Made by a program: the position numbers and the translations under genes. Source: Octopus bimaculoides (lineage: Eukaryota). From it: a stretch of 47,430 bases of DNA. The stretch is taken from positions 32,987,623-33,035,052 of the forward strand of contig NC_068995.1 of assembly GCF_001194135.2 (NCBI RefSeq). The letters run 5' to 3'. This document shows, in pieces, positions 26,077 through 38,530 of the stretch. The stretch's first letter is position 1. Every line of letters starts with the position of its first letter. Under the pieces are notes generated by a model. It saw nothing but the letters and a program-made list of their open reading frames with translations. It did no database searches and was not told the DNA's origin.

Positions 26077-26848
26077 TAATTAGCAGATCCAACCTAAGTT
26101 AGATGTATTGTTTAGAACAACTTAATGTCTCAAGAAATCATCTTGTGTACATGAGAAATACTAAAAAGCACAGACTGCTATATTGGGTGATGAAATTTTA
26201 ATCAGCACTAGTGGATGGCACAACTGCAATATGTGATTTCATTGTAAACTACGGATCATCAGTAGCAGCTAGCCAGACTGATGAAATAGCATAATACTGA
26301 CCAAACACTGCAAAAAGCTAGTGAATAAACTATTAGAGACAGAAGCAGACTTTTTAGAATTTGTCATCTACATGAGATGATTTCTTGAAATGCTTACTAC
26401 AGTTTAAGGCATTCTAAACAACATATCCAATTTAGGTTGGATGTGCTAATTAATAGTCATTACAAAAGCTGTTTCTGTCACTATCAGCTAATTTATTTAC
26501 AGTCCAATAGCTACTTGCAACATCACTGGCTGTTTGGCCAGTATCATGCTATATCATCAGTTTAGTTGATTTTTAGTCCAGCATTTGGTGCTTGGTTAGC
26601 TATTACTGATGATCCACAATTTACAGTGAAATCATGTGATACAGTCGTACCATTTGCCTGTGCTAATAAAAATTTCATTAGCTAATATATTAGTCTGTAC
26701 TTCTTAGCAGTTGTCATGCACACAAGATGATTTCTTGTGATGTTTACTACAATCTAACGTGTTTTAAACAATACATCCAATTTAGGTTGAATGTGCGAAT
26801 TAATATTCATTACAAAGGCTCCTTTTGTCACTAATAGTTAATTTATAT
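26075..26848. repeat. ~350-bp tandem repeat with an inverted copy (fold-back)
   Basis: 26375-26500 recurs at 26725-26848. 26075-26355 is the imperfect reverse complement of 26464-26804. Confidence 0.85.
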
Positions 26849-26849
26849 C

Positions 26850-27150
26850 ATCATCATCATCATTGTTTAACGTCCGCTTTCCATGCTAGCATGGGTTGGA
26901 CGATTTGACTGAGGACTGGTGAAACCGGATGGCAACACCAGGCTCCAATCTAATTTGGCAGAGTTTCTACAGCTGGATGCCCTTCCTAACGCCAACCACT
27001 CAGAGAGTGTAGTGGGTGCTTTTACGTGTCACCCGCACGAAAACGGCCACGCTCGAAATGGTGTCTTTTATGTGCCACCCGCACAAGCCAGTCCAGGGGC
27101 ACTGGCAACGATCTCACTCGAAAATCCTACGGGAGCCAGTCAGGCGGTAC
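26850..27150 (-). mobile_element. Well-preserved RTE-tail repeat (family B)
   Basis: CATCATCATTGTTTAACGTCCGCTTTCCATGCTAGCATGGGTTGGACG...GGATGCCCTTCCTAACGCCAACCAC with CpGs retained. Confidence 0.8.
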
Positions 27151-27752
27151 TGATATATATATATGTATATGTGGGTGTGTCTGTCTGTCTGTCTGTTTTT
27201 GTTTTGAAATCAGATGATAGTTGTAAACAATCAGTGTTTATTTCAAATCTTCCTTCGAAAATACATTAGGCTATGGAAAATATTAATTTGCTTAGAAACA
27301 GATGAGGGTTGGTGACAGGAAAGGCATCCAGCCATAGAAAATCCACCTCAACAAATTCTGTCTAACCCAAGCAAGCATGGAAAGTGCTAAAATGATCATG
27401 ATGATGATGAGGGTGATAGTATAAGGTTACAAGTTAGAATTTTTATATAATGTTAAAGGGTCCATGCAGCTTTAAAATAGTTTGGCTATGAGGCTGTCGT
27501 TTTCTGTGGATATCAAAAATTTATGACTGCAAGTGTGTATTGTGTATGCATGTGCAGGTGTAAATGTAGTATAAATTTGCTAGTCTTAGAAGTTAGAGAT
27601 GTACTCAGAAGAAGGATTACAAACAGCACCTAAGCTATCAAACTGCTACACCCTTTGCTTCCCTCACACAGTTTGTTGTTATTTATTCATATAGTAGTTA
27701 ACAATTTTCTTTGGCTTTTTTTTTGGCTTCATAAAACCAGCAAAACTCTCAC

Positions 27753-27892
27753 CGGGAGGTGGAGGAGGAGGCATCAAGTGCTTATCTACTTCAGACCTCT
27801 CTGGGGATGGACTATGAGATGGGGGTGGTGGAGGAGGTGGGGTGACAAATGCCGGTTGGTTCACAGGAGGGGGGTTTGCAAACCCTTGATTT
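27753..27892 (-). CDS. KHDC4: KHDC4 exon (140 nt, phase 2-1)
   Basis: Acceptor CTCTTTTCCTAG, donor GTGAGA. NQGFANPPPVNQPAFVTPPPPPPPSHSPSPERSEVDKHLMPPPPPP; DKHLMPPP corresponds to human DRQLMPPP. Confidence 0.9.
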
Positions 27893-28734
27893 CTAGGAAA
27901 AGAGAGAAAGGTGGTTTTAGATGAATGGTATCAAATATACACTAACAAATATTGATTAAAAATAACTTAGTAACCACATTTCTGTTTTAGAGAAGCCACA
28001 ATGAAAATATTACACTTTTTCTTTTCAAATTGATATATCCTCAGACTGGGCATGCAAGCAATTTGGAAGTTGCTTTTAAAATGAATCAGAATTGATATGA
28101 CAAGCCCCAAATAGGTCTAAAGGTACAATCAAAATCTAAGTGATACAGATTAAAAAAAATTAGAACAGCAGTCAATATTTGTTTTAAAACTTAGTCACTT
28201 ACTGCTTATTAGATAAAGTTGAATAGTCATTGTAAAATGAAGAATTTTAGCAACGAAAAGTTTTTAATATTTATAATGACAAAGAAAAAAAAGAACAATC
28301 ACCAAAAATGGAAGACAAATAAATTAAAAAATAATCAGTATAAAAAACGATTTTAATTAAAATTTGTAAGACTGTGATATGATATATGGCAAATCATTTC
28401 CTTTGGCTAAGCAAAAGGCAACTTTTTCTAGAAGAAAGAGTATGATCAATTGAAATTGAGTCCAGTATATCACTGGTACTTATTTTATTGAGCCTGAATA
28501 ATTGAAAAATGATTGCTAGCCACAGCAAGAATCAAACTCTGAGGGATAAAACTAGATATTGAGAAGTATTTCTAGTCTGCTGTTAAATAGTTTCAGCCAT
28601 TTCCACCAGATATAATAGCAATGGCAATGATGATGACGATGATGATGATGATGATAAAATTTCAAACTGATAATAAACAAAAAAAAAATTTTTTTAATCC
28701 AAATGAAATTTGAAGTACAGATTAGCACAGTTAC

Positions 28735-28880
28735 CTGAATTCTTCATAAACCTGAGATGTCTGAGTGACTGCAACTAAAGGCTGGGTAAAAGACTGTGTC
28801 ACAGGTGATTGGTGATGGCTTCCTACTACAGGTGGTGGAGGACCAGAAGCAATCATATTGGCCAACTGAGGAGGACCATG
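28735..28880 (-). CDS. KHDC4: KHDC4 exon (146 nt, phase 0-2)
   Basis: Acceptor TTGTTGTTAG, donor GTAACT. Starts HGPPQLANM, corresponding to human HGPIHMTNL directly after LLGYQ. Confidence 0.9.
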
Positions 28881-29469
28881 CTAACAACAACAATAATGAA
28901 GCAGTATTTGAAAACAGGTGGTGAATAAATTGCAAATTAATAACAATGATAGCCTATAATAGCAATAATGAAGAGTTGATGGTGAGGAACTTGTAAAATA
29001 TTATGTGAAAACTGATATACTGAATTTGCTGATGTATAAGATGCACTCTCGCATAAGACAAACACTTAGTTTTTTTTTGGTTGGAGGAAAAAGTATATTT
29101 TGTGGAAAAAAAAAAATGAATCTAATGTTTTATACACTTGGTATCCCATCTGGAATACAGTCACATTAGACGCAATTGTTTGTTACATTTAAGAATAAAA
29201 AGAAATTTGTCTTATACAACAGCATATGTAGTATAACTGGATAGGAACTCTACATGACATTTATAACAAGATTTATATTTCAAGGGAAGTATGCTACTTG
29301 TGGGTAATAAATAATAATAAAGATTTCTAACATAGGAATATAGGAGAATCAACCACAGATTAGTGAAAAGCAACTCCAAGCTTTGAACTTAGAAGCCAAA
29401 GTGAGAGATTTAAACAGCAAAGTACTCTGAGTGACATTCTGATTCTGTATTTCAAACAATAACAATAAT

Positions 29470-29685
29470 ATTGGTTTCAAATTTTGGCACGAGGCCAGCA
29501 ATTTTGGGGGAGGGGTAAGTCAATTACATCAACCCCAGTATTCAACTGGTATTTATTTTATTGACCCCAAAAGTATGAAAGGTGAAGTCAACCTTTGCCG
29601 AACTTGAACTCAGAAAGTAAAGACAGATGAAAAGTTGCAAAGCATTTTGCCCTGTGTGCTAACGATTCTGCCAGCTTACTGCTTT
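29470..29685 (-). mobile_element. tRNA-derived SINE (family C), degenerate
   Basis: Collinear with 31107-31341 (GAACTCAGAA, GTGCTAACGATTCTGCCAGCT). Confidence 0.75.
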
Positions 29686-30549
29686 AAAAATAATAATATT
29701 AATAATGATCTAATAACTGTCATAAAGTCAAACACTGTTTCAGTATTTGTTTATATTTGTTTACTTCATCAACTCTGGAAGGATAAAAGGCATTTAGTGA
29801 AGTAACTAAATATAAAACATTGTTGACCAGTACCCTACTAATTCTTTCATCAAACAATAAATATTTCTTACATTAATAATCTTTTACAACAGTATTGTTG
29901 ATTTCTTAAATAAGCACAAAGCATCAGATTTAACGGGATAAGATAGGAGGCCATGGCATTTTAGCCTTCTTGAATAGCATGGTGATTTCTTTTGAATCCA
30001 GCTGTAGAAACCATACCAAATAAAACTGGAATCTGGTGCAACCCCTCAGCTTACAAGCCCTGATCACCATCCAACCCATGGACAACAGACGTTAAATAAT
30101 GATAATGATAAAGCCTATGCTTTAGTGAAGATTGTAATTGACTAATGGATAGATAGAACAGATGAAATAGCTGAAAGCATGAGATAAATAACAACTAAGT
30201 TGAGGGAAAAAATTTCAAATATTTCTGTCAGCATTTCAATGTGTCTCTGGAGTGGAACAATTCCTTCTACAATGAAATATTGTCCGTATGGAGGCACAAG
30301 GTTCATTACAGTTTTATTATTGTAACATTACCAATGTTGGGATGGTGGTGGTAGTGGTGTGTGTGTGTGTGTGTGTAGTGGGAGGGGGTGATGAAAGTTA
30401 ATGTTAACTTTTATGAATGTTGACTACACAAAGCCCAGAATTATAACTAGTCAAAGACAGAGTCAATCTGTCTCCCATCTGGACCATTCCAATAATAAGA
30501 ATAATAATTTTCCTCTTTCTCACTATTATCAGTAACAAACTACACAAAC

Positions 30550-30813
30550 CTGATAGCCCAACAAATTCTCTGGTATTTTATCTTCAGGTTTCTCTTCAGT
30601 AAATCTCCGTTTTGGAGGCTGCTGTGGTGGGACGGGTGACTGTGAAGGAGGTGCATGATGAGGTGGTGGAGGTGGAGGTTGAACAGAATCGTCTTTCGGT
30701 GGCCCGACATTATAGGCATAACCTGTTGTTGTAATGGCGTATGTTGTTGGAGCAACAGTATATGTGGCAGCTGCAGGAAGACTCATTGGCAGACTAGCAG
30801 CACTACCAGAAAA
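30550..30813 (-). CDS. KHDC4: KHDC4 exon (264 nt, phase 0-0)
   Basis: Acceptor ATGTTTCAG, donor GTTTGT. Ends [23 protein letters not shown], matching the KHDC4 signature KRRFTEE..LLGYQ with the intron after Q. Confidence 0.93.
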
Positions 30814-31106
30814 CTGAAACATAAAAACACACACACACACCAACATTATTCAGAATCACCATATAAGCAGTACATTTCTGAAGTGACAGGAAGAGAAACT
30901 GGGTATAACTGGATTTTTTTAATTGTTTTAATCTCATTTCTGATATTTAACCGAAATAATTCTATTCTTGTGCAAAATGGTTTGTATTTCTGATAAAGAA
31001 GAAAAATAATTTTTTAAGTTACATAAAAAAAAAAACATTAAAAAAGAACAACTATGTGCCAAACCCAAATTAAATTCATGATCAGAGAATACTGTGTTTA
31101 GTAACG

Positions 31107-31341
31107 TTCCTATTTCTTTACTGCCCACAAGGGGCTAAACACAGAGGGGACAAACAAAGACAGACAAATGGATTAAGTCGATTATATCGACCTCAGTGCG
31201 TAACTGGTACTAATTTAATCGACCCCGAAAGGATGAAAGGTAAAGTCGACCTCGGCGGAATTTGAACTCAGAACATAGCGGCAGATGAAATACCCTTAAG
31301 CATTTCGCCCAGCGTGCTAACATTTCTGCCAGCTCGCCGCT
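31107..31341 (-). mobile_element. tRNA-derived SINE (family C), well preserved
   Basis: Minus-strand head GGCGAGCTGGCAGAAATGTTAG (A-box-like) and GAGTTCAAATTCC (B-box-like, 31257-31267). Related copies at 29470 and 43825. Confidence 0.85.
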
Positions 31342-31726
31342 TTGTTTAGTAACATTCTGCTGAGCCATTGTCTCTCCAATATCATCATCATCTTAGTTAT
31401 TATTATTATTGTGAGAGGCAATATTACTGATATAACACTACCATTTACTTTATTCACTCCTAAAATGTGAAGAATAATTGCCAATTCAGTAGGGGGTGGG
31501 ACTGAAAAATAAATTCTGAGTGAAAATATGCTCTGGAGGGTAGAGTGAGGAAGAGTAGAGGGAGAGAGGGAGGAAAGCAAGGTGGGGAGTGGTGTGCAAG
31601 AGTTTGGTCCTTAGAGAAAAGATGCCAAAATATTGAGATGAGTGGTGATATGGTGTATGACACACCTCCCCAAATACTTTTTCAGTCCATCACTGGTTTC
31701 ACATTTTATTTCAAATATTCCTCATA

Positions 31727-32128
31727 ACAGGTGCAGTCATGGCTGTGTGGCAAGAAGCTTGCTTCCCAAACCACATGATCCGAGGTCCAGTCCCACTGCA
31801 TGGTACCTTCTACTATAACTTTAGGCTGACCAAATCCTTGTGAGTGGAATTGGTAAACGGAAACTGAAAGAATCCCATTGTGTGTGTATATATATGTGTG
31901 TGTGTGTGTGCATCTTTTCGTCTGTCTGTCCTCACCACTACCACCACTTGAAAACTGGTATTGGTGTGTTCATGTCCCCATAACTTAGTGGTTCAGCAAA
32001 AGAGACCAATAAAATAAATGCCAGGCTCTAAAAAAAATAAGTACTGGAGTCAATACATTTGAGTTAAGAAATTCTTCAAGACGGTGCTCCAGCACTGCCA
32101 CAGAAATGACTGAAACAAGTAAAAGAAA
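31727..32128 (+). mobile_element. tRNA-derived SINE (family A)
   Basis: Head GGCTGTGTGGCAAGAAG..GAGGTCCAGTCCCAC, central GGAAACTGAAAGAA plus (TG)n, tail TGACTGAAACAAGTAAAAG. Confidence 0.8.
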
Positions 32129-32365
32129 AGGGAGTATTGCTAGAAAGAACAGGTGTCGAAACATATTTTAGACCATCATACACGTATAATATTTACAACA
32201 CACATCAACAAAGAACAAATACACCATACATCTTTGAAAGAAACACTTATAACTAGAGGCTCTAGATACAGTTGTATTTAGGTCAAGATGACAATAATGA
32301 TGATTATAATGATGGCAAAAACAATAGCAAATACAAGTAAAATTAATTAGAATTGAAAAACTCAC

Positions 32366-32598
32366 CTGTCCATAGTAGGGAGGTGGTGGTTGTCCAGCTG
32401 GCGGGAGCTGTTGCTGAGAAACAAATTGCACTCCAGGTTGTAGTGCATTCATTGGAGGTGCTATTGAATTAGGAACAGGAGAACCATATTGGGGGGCCAT
32501 CTGAGGGGTTCCACCACTTAATGACATACCAAGAGGGGTGACTGTCTGCTGGCCAACTATCACTTGGGCAGGTTGAGGATTACCTAAATTAGCATTGC
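32366..32598 (-). CDS. KHDC4: KHDC4 exon (233 nt, phase 1-0)
   Basis: Acceptor TTTTCTCATTGTTAG, donor GTGAGT. NANLGNPQPAQV...PPAGQPPPPYYGQ, in frame with both neighbours. Confidence 0.88.
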
Positions 32599-33008
32599 CT
32601 AACAATGAGAAAAATACAAAGGAAATGCAATGTATAACATAATATATACATATTTGAAAATCCTACAAGTCTAGGTGAAAAGCGCTTTATATGATTTATA
32701 AAACGTGTGACATATTAATAAAAATCTGTAAATGTACAACCATCCAGATTTCTGAGTACCTTAAATTTTTTTCTAATATATATATATATATATACACACA
32801 CATACATGCATACATACATACATATATATATACATATAGAAAACTATAACAAAATGTCAGTATATATAAATGAGAAATTTGATATATATCAGTAATACAT
32901 GCATAACAATGAAAAAAAAGTTATTTTTAGTAATATTATGTTATTTCAAGAAATCTATCATAAATTGTTTTGCGTTATTTGTTAATATCAATTTAAAAAT
33001 AGAAATAC

Positions 33009-33152
33009 CTAAAAATGGATCATTTGTAGTGGTTGCATATTGACTCATACCAGGAGCTGTTGAAACTTGTAAAAGAGGTGGTGGAAGGGAAGCATTTGGT
33101 AATAAACTTCCACTGGCATCCATTTGACCAGCAGGAGCAGCCGGTGGAGGAC
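33009..33152 (-). CDS. KHDC4: KHDC4 exon (144 nt, phase 1-1)
   Basis: Acceptor ATTGTTTTAG, donor GTATTT. PPPAAPAGQMDASGSLLPNASLPPPLLQVSTAPGMSQYATTTNDPFL. Confidence 0.85.
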
Positions 33153-33857
33153 CTAAAACAATATTGAAATAACAATGATGAAAATATCCTCCGACATATT
33201 AATTGAATCGTCAAGGTTTACCACTTTGTCTTTAGGGGTACAGGGTAGGCAAGTTTGAAATTATTCTTTATCAGCACATTTTTCTTCTAATTACTGCAAT
33301 AGCTTCAAGTTTTTCTAACCTTATATTGCCCTCAATTCACCATACCAAAATGGTATTCAGCCATCTGTTGTCCTATTGTTACAGTGAATATTCCAGATGA
33401 CATCTAAAACTGATAAGTTATTTATTTTATGTGTCTGAAGTTACAACCCAACAATTACTATGGTTAAAAATATTTTGTCTTTTGGTGTAATCTCTTGCTA
33501 TTTGATTCACTAATCCATACTCCACTTTTCTCGATTGGATCTAAGCAACAACAATTATTCACAAAACATATACTTTGAAATGCCTAAATGTATTAAACAA
33601 TATCCTGTATTGGTTTTGATGTGATCACTCCCATTACTTAATTATATTACTTTTTAGAACATTATTTGTGTATTTGCATGTGTCAAACTAAACATAAGAT
33701 GGAAAGTAACATATCTGTATATATTTTTACATATACAATAAAAGCAAAACCAAAAGTAAAAAAACAAACAAACAAAACAAAAAAAAAAACAGAAATGAGT
33801 GAAAGAAATATGCTTCAAATTTTGGTCTACAATAACAAAGACATTTAGAATGCTTAC

Positions 33858-33977
33858 CAGCGCCAACTGAGAGAAGTGGAGATGTTGAGAGACTTGTGAC
33901 CATAGGCATAGGTGTTAGTGATGTGGAATAGGAAACAGGAATTACTAAGCCACCTGCATTAGCTGAGCTGACCATAC
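33858..33977 (-). CDS. KHDC4: KHDC4 exon (120 nt, phase 1-1)
   Basis: Acceptor TTTCTATGTGCAG, donor GTAAGC. MVSSANAGGLVIPVSYSTSLTPMPMVTSLSTSPLLSVGA. Confidence 0.83.
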
Positions 33978-34730
33978 CTGCACATAGAAAGTGAAATTTT
34001 TGCAGATTAAAATAAGCACTGTTCTGCAGTTCACAGCATGAGTTATCAAGAAATAATATGCTAGAGTTGCAATGTATGCTGCAGAGACAGACCCACTTTT
34101 TTCAGTTGGTGTTTGGAACATAAATTAACATGAAAATTTTGATGGAAGGTTTTAATTTAGATTATTGTTTTAAAACATGCAGTTTCTATCATAGAACCAA
34201 TGGCATTGTCAGGCAGGTTGGATTTTTTTCACAGCACAGCCATATTTTTCCTAATCAAACCATGGGCTGGAAGGTTGTTTCTAAAGCTGGCTTAATTGAA
34301 TATGATGTGATTGTTTTGTTAATTCTAAGAAGTGCCAAGTTGAATATTTCCACAACTAAATGTAAGTTCAAAAACCTAACACAATAAGAGCAGAAAATTG
34401 AATAAATTTCAATTTCAATTCTGTAGTTTTGTATTTGCACCATCAGCAACCAAAATATCTTTATGTTAATATCTTGTTAGTGAACAGATGTATTACAGTC
34501 AGGTAAGCACTCACAGATTACGTTAAGCACACTAACACACACTATACAATATCTATTTTGCTAATATTGCACTTACAAAATAATCACAAAGAAATAATAA
34601 AGCAAAATATGCATGTATGACATTTAGAATTTTAGTTGATATAACACTAGCAGCGAGACATGAACCTCTGGTGTTGATCCAATACAACAGTGCCGTATAC
34701 ATTAGATCCTGTCAACTATAACAATTGGAT

Positions 34731-34961
34731 TTAATCCTTCAGCATTCAGCTTATTCTACCAAATGTAACAATACTTATTTATTTGCATTATTTTGAATTA
34801 ATCATGCATTATTTTGTAGCTTCAAGATTTCAAAGATGCAATTGTTTATTTTTAGAATGACATTATAGGGTAGGTGTAAGAGGCTGGATCTGGCCACTTT
34901 GAATATAAAATAGGTAGAATATCTGGGCAAGATATGACTGGTTTAAATGCTAAAAGATTAG
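34731..34961. mobile_element. Degenerate piggyBac-type MITE
   Basis: Ends TTAATCCTTCAGCATT and AATGCTAAAAGATTAG, i.e. decayed TTAA-CCCTT...AAGGG-TTAA termini. Confidence 0.45.
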
Positions 34962-35211
34962 ATAACTTGCAATGAATGAATATCCAACCTAGAATATCAG
35001 TCGTTTTGTGTTTGTTGGAGCTGGCAGGAGTAGGAAAAGTTTAAAAAAAGGTACTGTTATGATTTTATATATTGATAACTGCAATATGGTTTATTTACTT
35101 GTATATTTGAAATAAAATACTGTTAATCTGTTGATCTAATTTAGCAAACTTATCAGCAATGCAAAGAAACTGACATAAATGAATTAATGTGATAAACTAA
35201 AGAGATAAATG

Positions 35212-35249
<38 letters not shown>

Positions 35250-36204
35250 AACACTGATACCAGCTGAGAAAGATGGTGACATTTGTTTACACCTCCTTCA
35301 ACAGTATGTCCCCTAGCTCAATACAATGGAATAATAAGAGAAAGACTTATTATTCTACAACTTCAGAAGAACATTATAGCTGCTGAAGTTTTCAAAAAGA
35401 AATCAAACCTTGAGCAGAAGCTTGAGACACTAATGTTGGTGGTGGCATACTGGTCAGACTTGCAGGAAGAGAATTGGCTGAAAGTACAACAGACGACGTT
35501 GGTAGAACTTGCTGAAAAGTTGGTGGCAAGGACGTCACAGTTTGCATGCCTAGAAATTAAGGAAAGTTTGTTATTAGTCTTAATGTTGGATTTTTTTAGA
35601 CATTGCTGTAAAATTTAATGGGTATTTTTTTTAAAATATAGATATGTAAAAAGACAATATGAAGAAATTGTTATGGTTGAGTTTAAAACCCGGATTCTCA
35701 GTACCCAAACTATTCAGCTTCAACAGCTCATCACAAACAATTCTAGTCTTTTAAATGACATTTTCTGGACGTATTTAGTGGATCTTGGAATACAAACAGA
35801 ATATTTGTATTCCAAAAATCTACAGCCGTTAACAAGATATCATCTTTGGGATATTTACTTAGTTTCATTAATACATGTTGTTATGTAATCTCAGCCCAAC
35901 TCTGACTGAGCAAAGATTATTGCATGCAGGAAGTTGTCTAAACAACTCAATGTAATCCATTAGCTGTAAAAAGGTTATAGTAACCCACTAACAGTAACTA
36001 ATAGCTGTAAACAACTCACTGCAATCCACAGAGCTGTTGTTCTATAGATACATACTATACTCCTATAGTATGAATAGACCTATACATACTACAGTTCTAT
36101 ATATAGAACTATAGTATATATAATTCAGGAGAGGTATAGTCATTTAAATCAAACTGGATATATTAGTAGCACATAGTTTTTTCAACCCTAAAAAGATAAA
36201 TAGT

Positions 36205-36460
36205 AAAGTTAACTAGTGTTGGTGTCACATAAAAAGCTCCAGTGCCCGTGCTACATAATAGCACCCATGCTGGTACCACATAAAAGCACCCATGCTGGTG
36301 CCATGTAAACTGATTGGTGTTAGGAAAGGCATCTAGCCATAGAAACTAGGCGAAATCAGACAGGAACCCAGTACAGGCCTCCTGCTTGCCAGTTCTAGTC
36401 AAATCAACTAACCCATACCAGCATGGAAAATGGATGTTAAATGATGATGATGATAATGAA
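36205..36460 (+). mobile_element. RTE-tail repeat (family B); similar copies at 25800-25935, 29930-30110, 39770-39940, 40500-40710 and 44090-44310
   Basis: GGTGTTAGGAAAGGCATCTAGCC...CCAGCATGGAAAATGGATGTTAAATGATGATGATG. Confidence 0.75.
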
Positions 36461-36648
36461 CTGGATGCCATTAAACAGACAGTTTAGTGCTCTAGTAGTC
36501 AACAATAATAAGACCATATTACATTTAAGTGAAACTAAAATATTACAAACCAATCTGCTTTCATTATTGAGATACAACACCCTTATTAGCTCTCATAATT
36601 AAATATAAAAACTGCATGAGTAAAAAAAAATTAGGAATTTTGCCTCAC

Positions 36649-36756
36649 CTGGACCTGGAATCTGTGAATACTGAGGCTGTTGTGAGACACTAAGCTGTGG
36701 AATACTCTGCTGCTGGGCCATCATCCCACCGGGACCGCAATTAGGGTTGGCCGAGG
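36649..36756 (-). CDS. KHDC4: KHDC4 exon (108 nt, phase 1-1)
   Basis: Long pyrimidine tract TTTTTTTTTCTCTTTCTTTAG, donor GTGAGG. SANPNCGPGGMMAQQQSIPQLSVSQQPQYSQIPGP. From here to the stop: 1913 nt, open throughout. Confidence 0.85.
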
Positions 36757-37074
36757 CTAAAGAAAGAGAAAAAAAAAACAAAAACAAACTAATGTAAAAA
36801 GAAAAATCAATACAGAAACTGATTGATGCCTATGAAATTAAAATTTACAAGTTAATTGTTATGTCTGATATCAAAGAGGAAGAAGTTAAATACCAATTAC
36901 ACAATAGACAAAAATAAATAAATAAAAGTTCAATTTACCATGACCATAAAAATATGTTTATAGCAGAACCTACAAAATAAAAAGTTTTAAAGCGAATACA
37001 GCAAGGTTTAAAAAAAAAAAAATAAAATAAACCCTCAGAAAACCCTTCAAGAATCAAAAGCGAGAATGACTCAC

Positions 37075-37124
37075 CACATCAAAATTGGTTAAGATTGATG
37101 CTATCTTAGGTTCATGCATTGGAA
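37075..37124 (-). other. Candidate 50-nt alternative (poison) exon of KHDC4
   Basis: Acceptor ATATTGTTGTCAG with no other AG for about 40 nt upstream; consensus donor GTG|GTGAGT; length not divisible by 3. Confidence 0.45.
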
Positions 37125-37423
37125 CTGACAACAATATCAGGAATTTAACCATATTTAAAATGGCAGCTGTTCAGAACCTAGTGCAGTGGACTGATTGAGT
37201 GTTCTAACAATTTTCAATAAATCCTAACTGATAACTCATTAGAGAACCAAACATAAATCCCATGCCAACTATGGAAGTGGGTATGAGCGTCTCTGTTGCA
37301 TTTGTAATACCTTTCTTCCACCCCTTTAATCTTCTACATCATTTGAACTCTGCGAGAATTGGACCTTTTTAAATGTATACACATATACATATTTTGTATT
37401 TCATGTATTTAATATACTTTATA

Positions 37424-37658
37424 TATTGTAAGAACAGAAATAAATTTATTTCTCAAACGCGTGATAATGCTATAAATAGAATGATCAGGATAAATTATCC
37501 ATATAATGCAGAAAAATACGTTGCCGGCCAGCCATGATCCAGTCTCGTGGCTGGCCGGCAACGTATTTTTCTGCATTATATGGATAATTTATCCTGATCA
37601 CGCTATTTATAGCATTATCACGCGTTTGAGAAATAAATTTATTTCTGTTCTTACAATA
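37424..37658. repeat. 235-bp near-perfect palindrome (MITE-like)
   Basis: 114-bp arms (37424-37537 and 37545-37658) with 3 mismatches, 7-nt loop TCCAGTC, TA at both outer ends. Confidence 0.95.
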
Positions 37659-37853
37659 CATCTCAACGCTTCTAAAAAAGAACAAACTTTGTTTGTTTAC
37701 TTTCATCGTAAAGTTGACTTTATATATTGAACTGTCTAATTTGCTTATCCCCATATTTGCTTCTATACCCACTCAAGTTTGAATCCTTGAGCACTATAAG
37801 TATTCTATATGGAGAATATCTGGATCTCATCTACACACTCACACACACACACA

Positions 37854-37923
<70 letters not shown>

Positions 37924-38530
37924 ATATTAAGGATTCAGGAGAGAATTATGTACTTAAATGATAGGCACCAGGTTAGGTCAAATCAACTTATAAACACCAC
38001 CTTTAGTCGAATAAATACACTGGATACTGAAGTACATCCAGTGAAATATTCAGGTTATGTATACAGAAAATATAACCCTTATGTGTATTTAACACCTAGC
38101 AGCTGGTCCAAAGTGCACAACTGTATTGGTTGCATGGTGTTTGGTATAATCCAGGATGTCCAACCGTTTGGTGAATTATAAGCAAATAAATAAATAACAT
38201 GGTGCTATAAACCTTCTGTTATTTCTACATATTAACTAAACTCTTAATATCTCTCTAGCTCTTGTAATGGTCATCATAGCCCTATGTTTGTTCTCTCATT
38301 CCAGGCCAGCTTGTGCTCATGGATTGTTCTTCTATTGTGTGAAATTCTATGTATCACCAGATGAAAACAGTTTTTTGCTATGATGTAATGTAATCACTCA
38401 TCTATTAAAAAATGCATTAGAAACAGCTGTAATGAACTGACAATTATCCATTGTTATTTATTTATTTGCTTTTATATATATATATATATAAGAATTTAAG
38501 GAATGGAGAAAACGCATGTTGTAATTGCAT

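Noticed and set aside
35283-35618. 111-aa plus-strand ORF inside a KHDC4 intron
   Set aside because: No recognisable motif, TTG start and no splice support.
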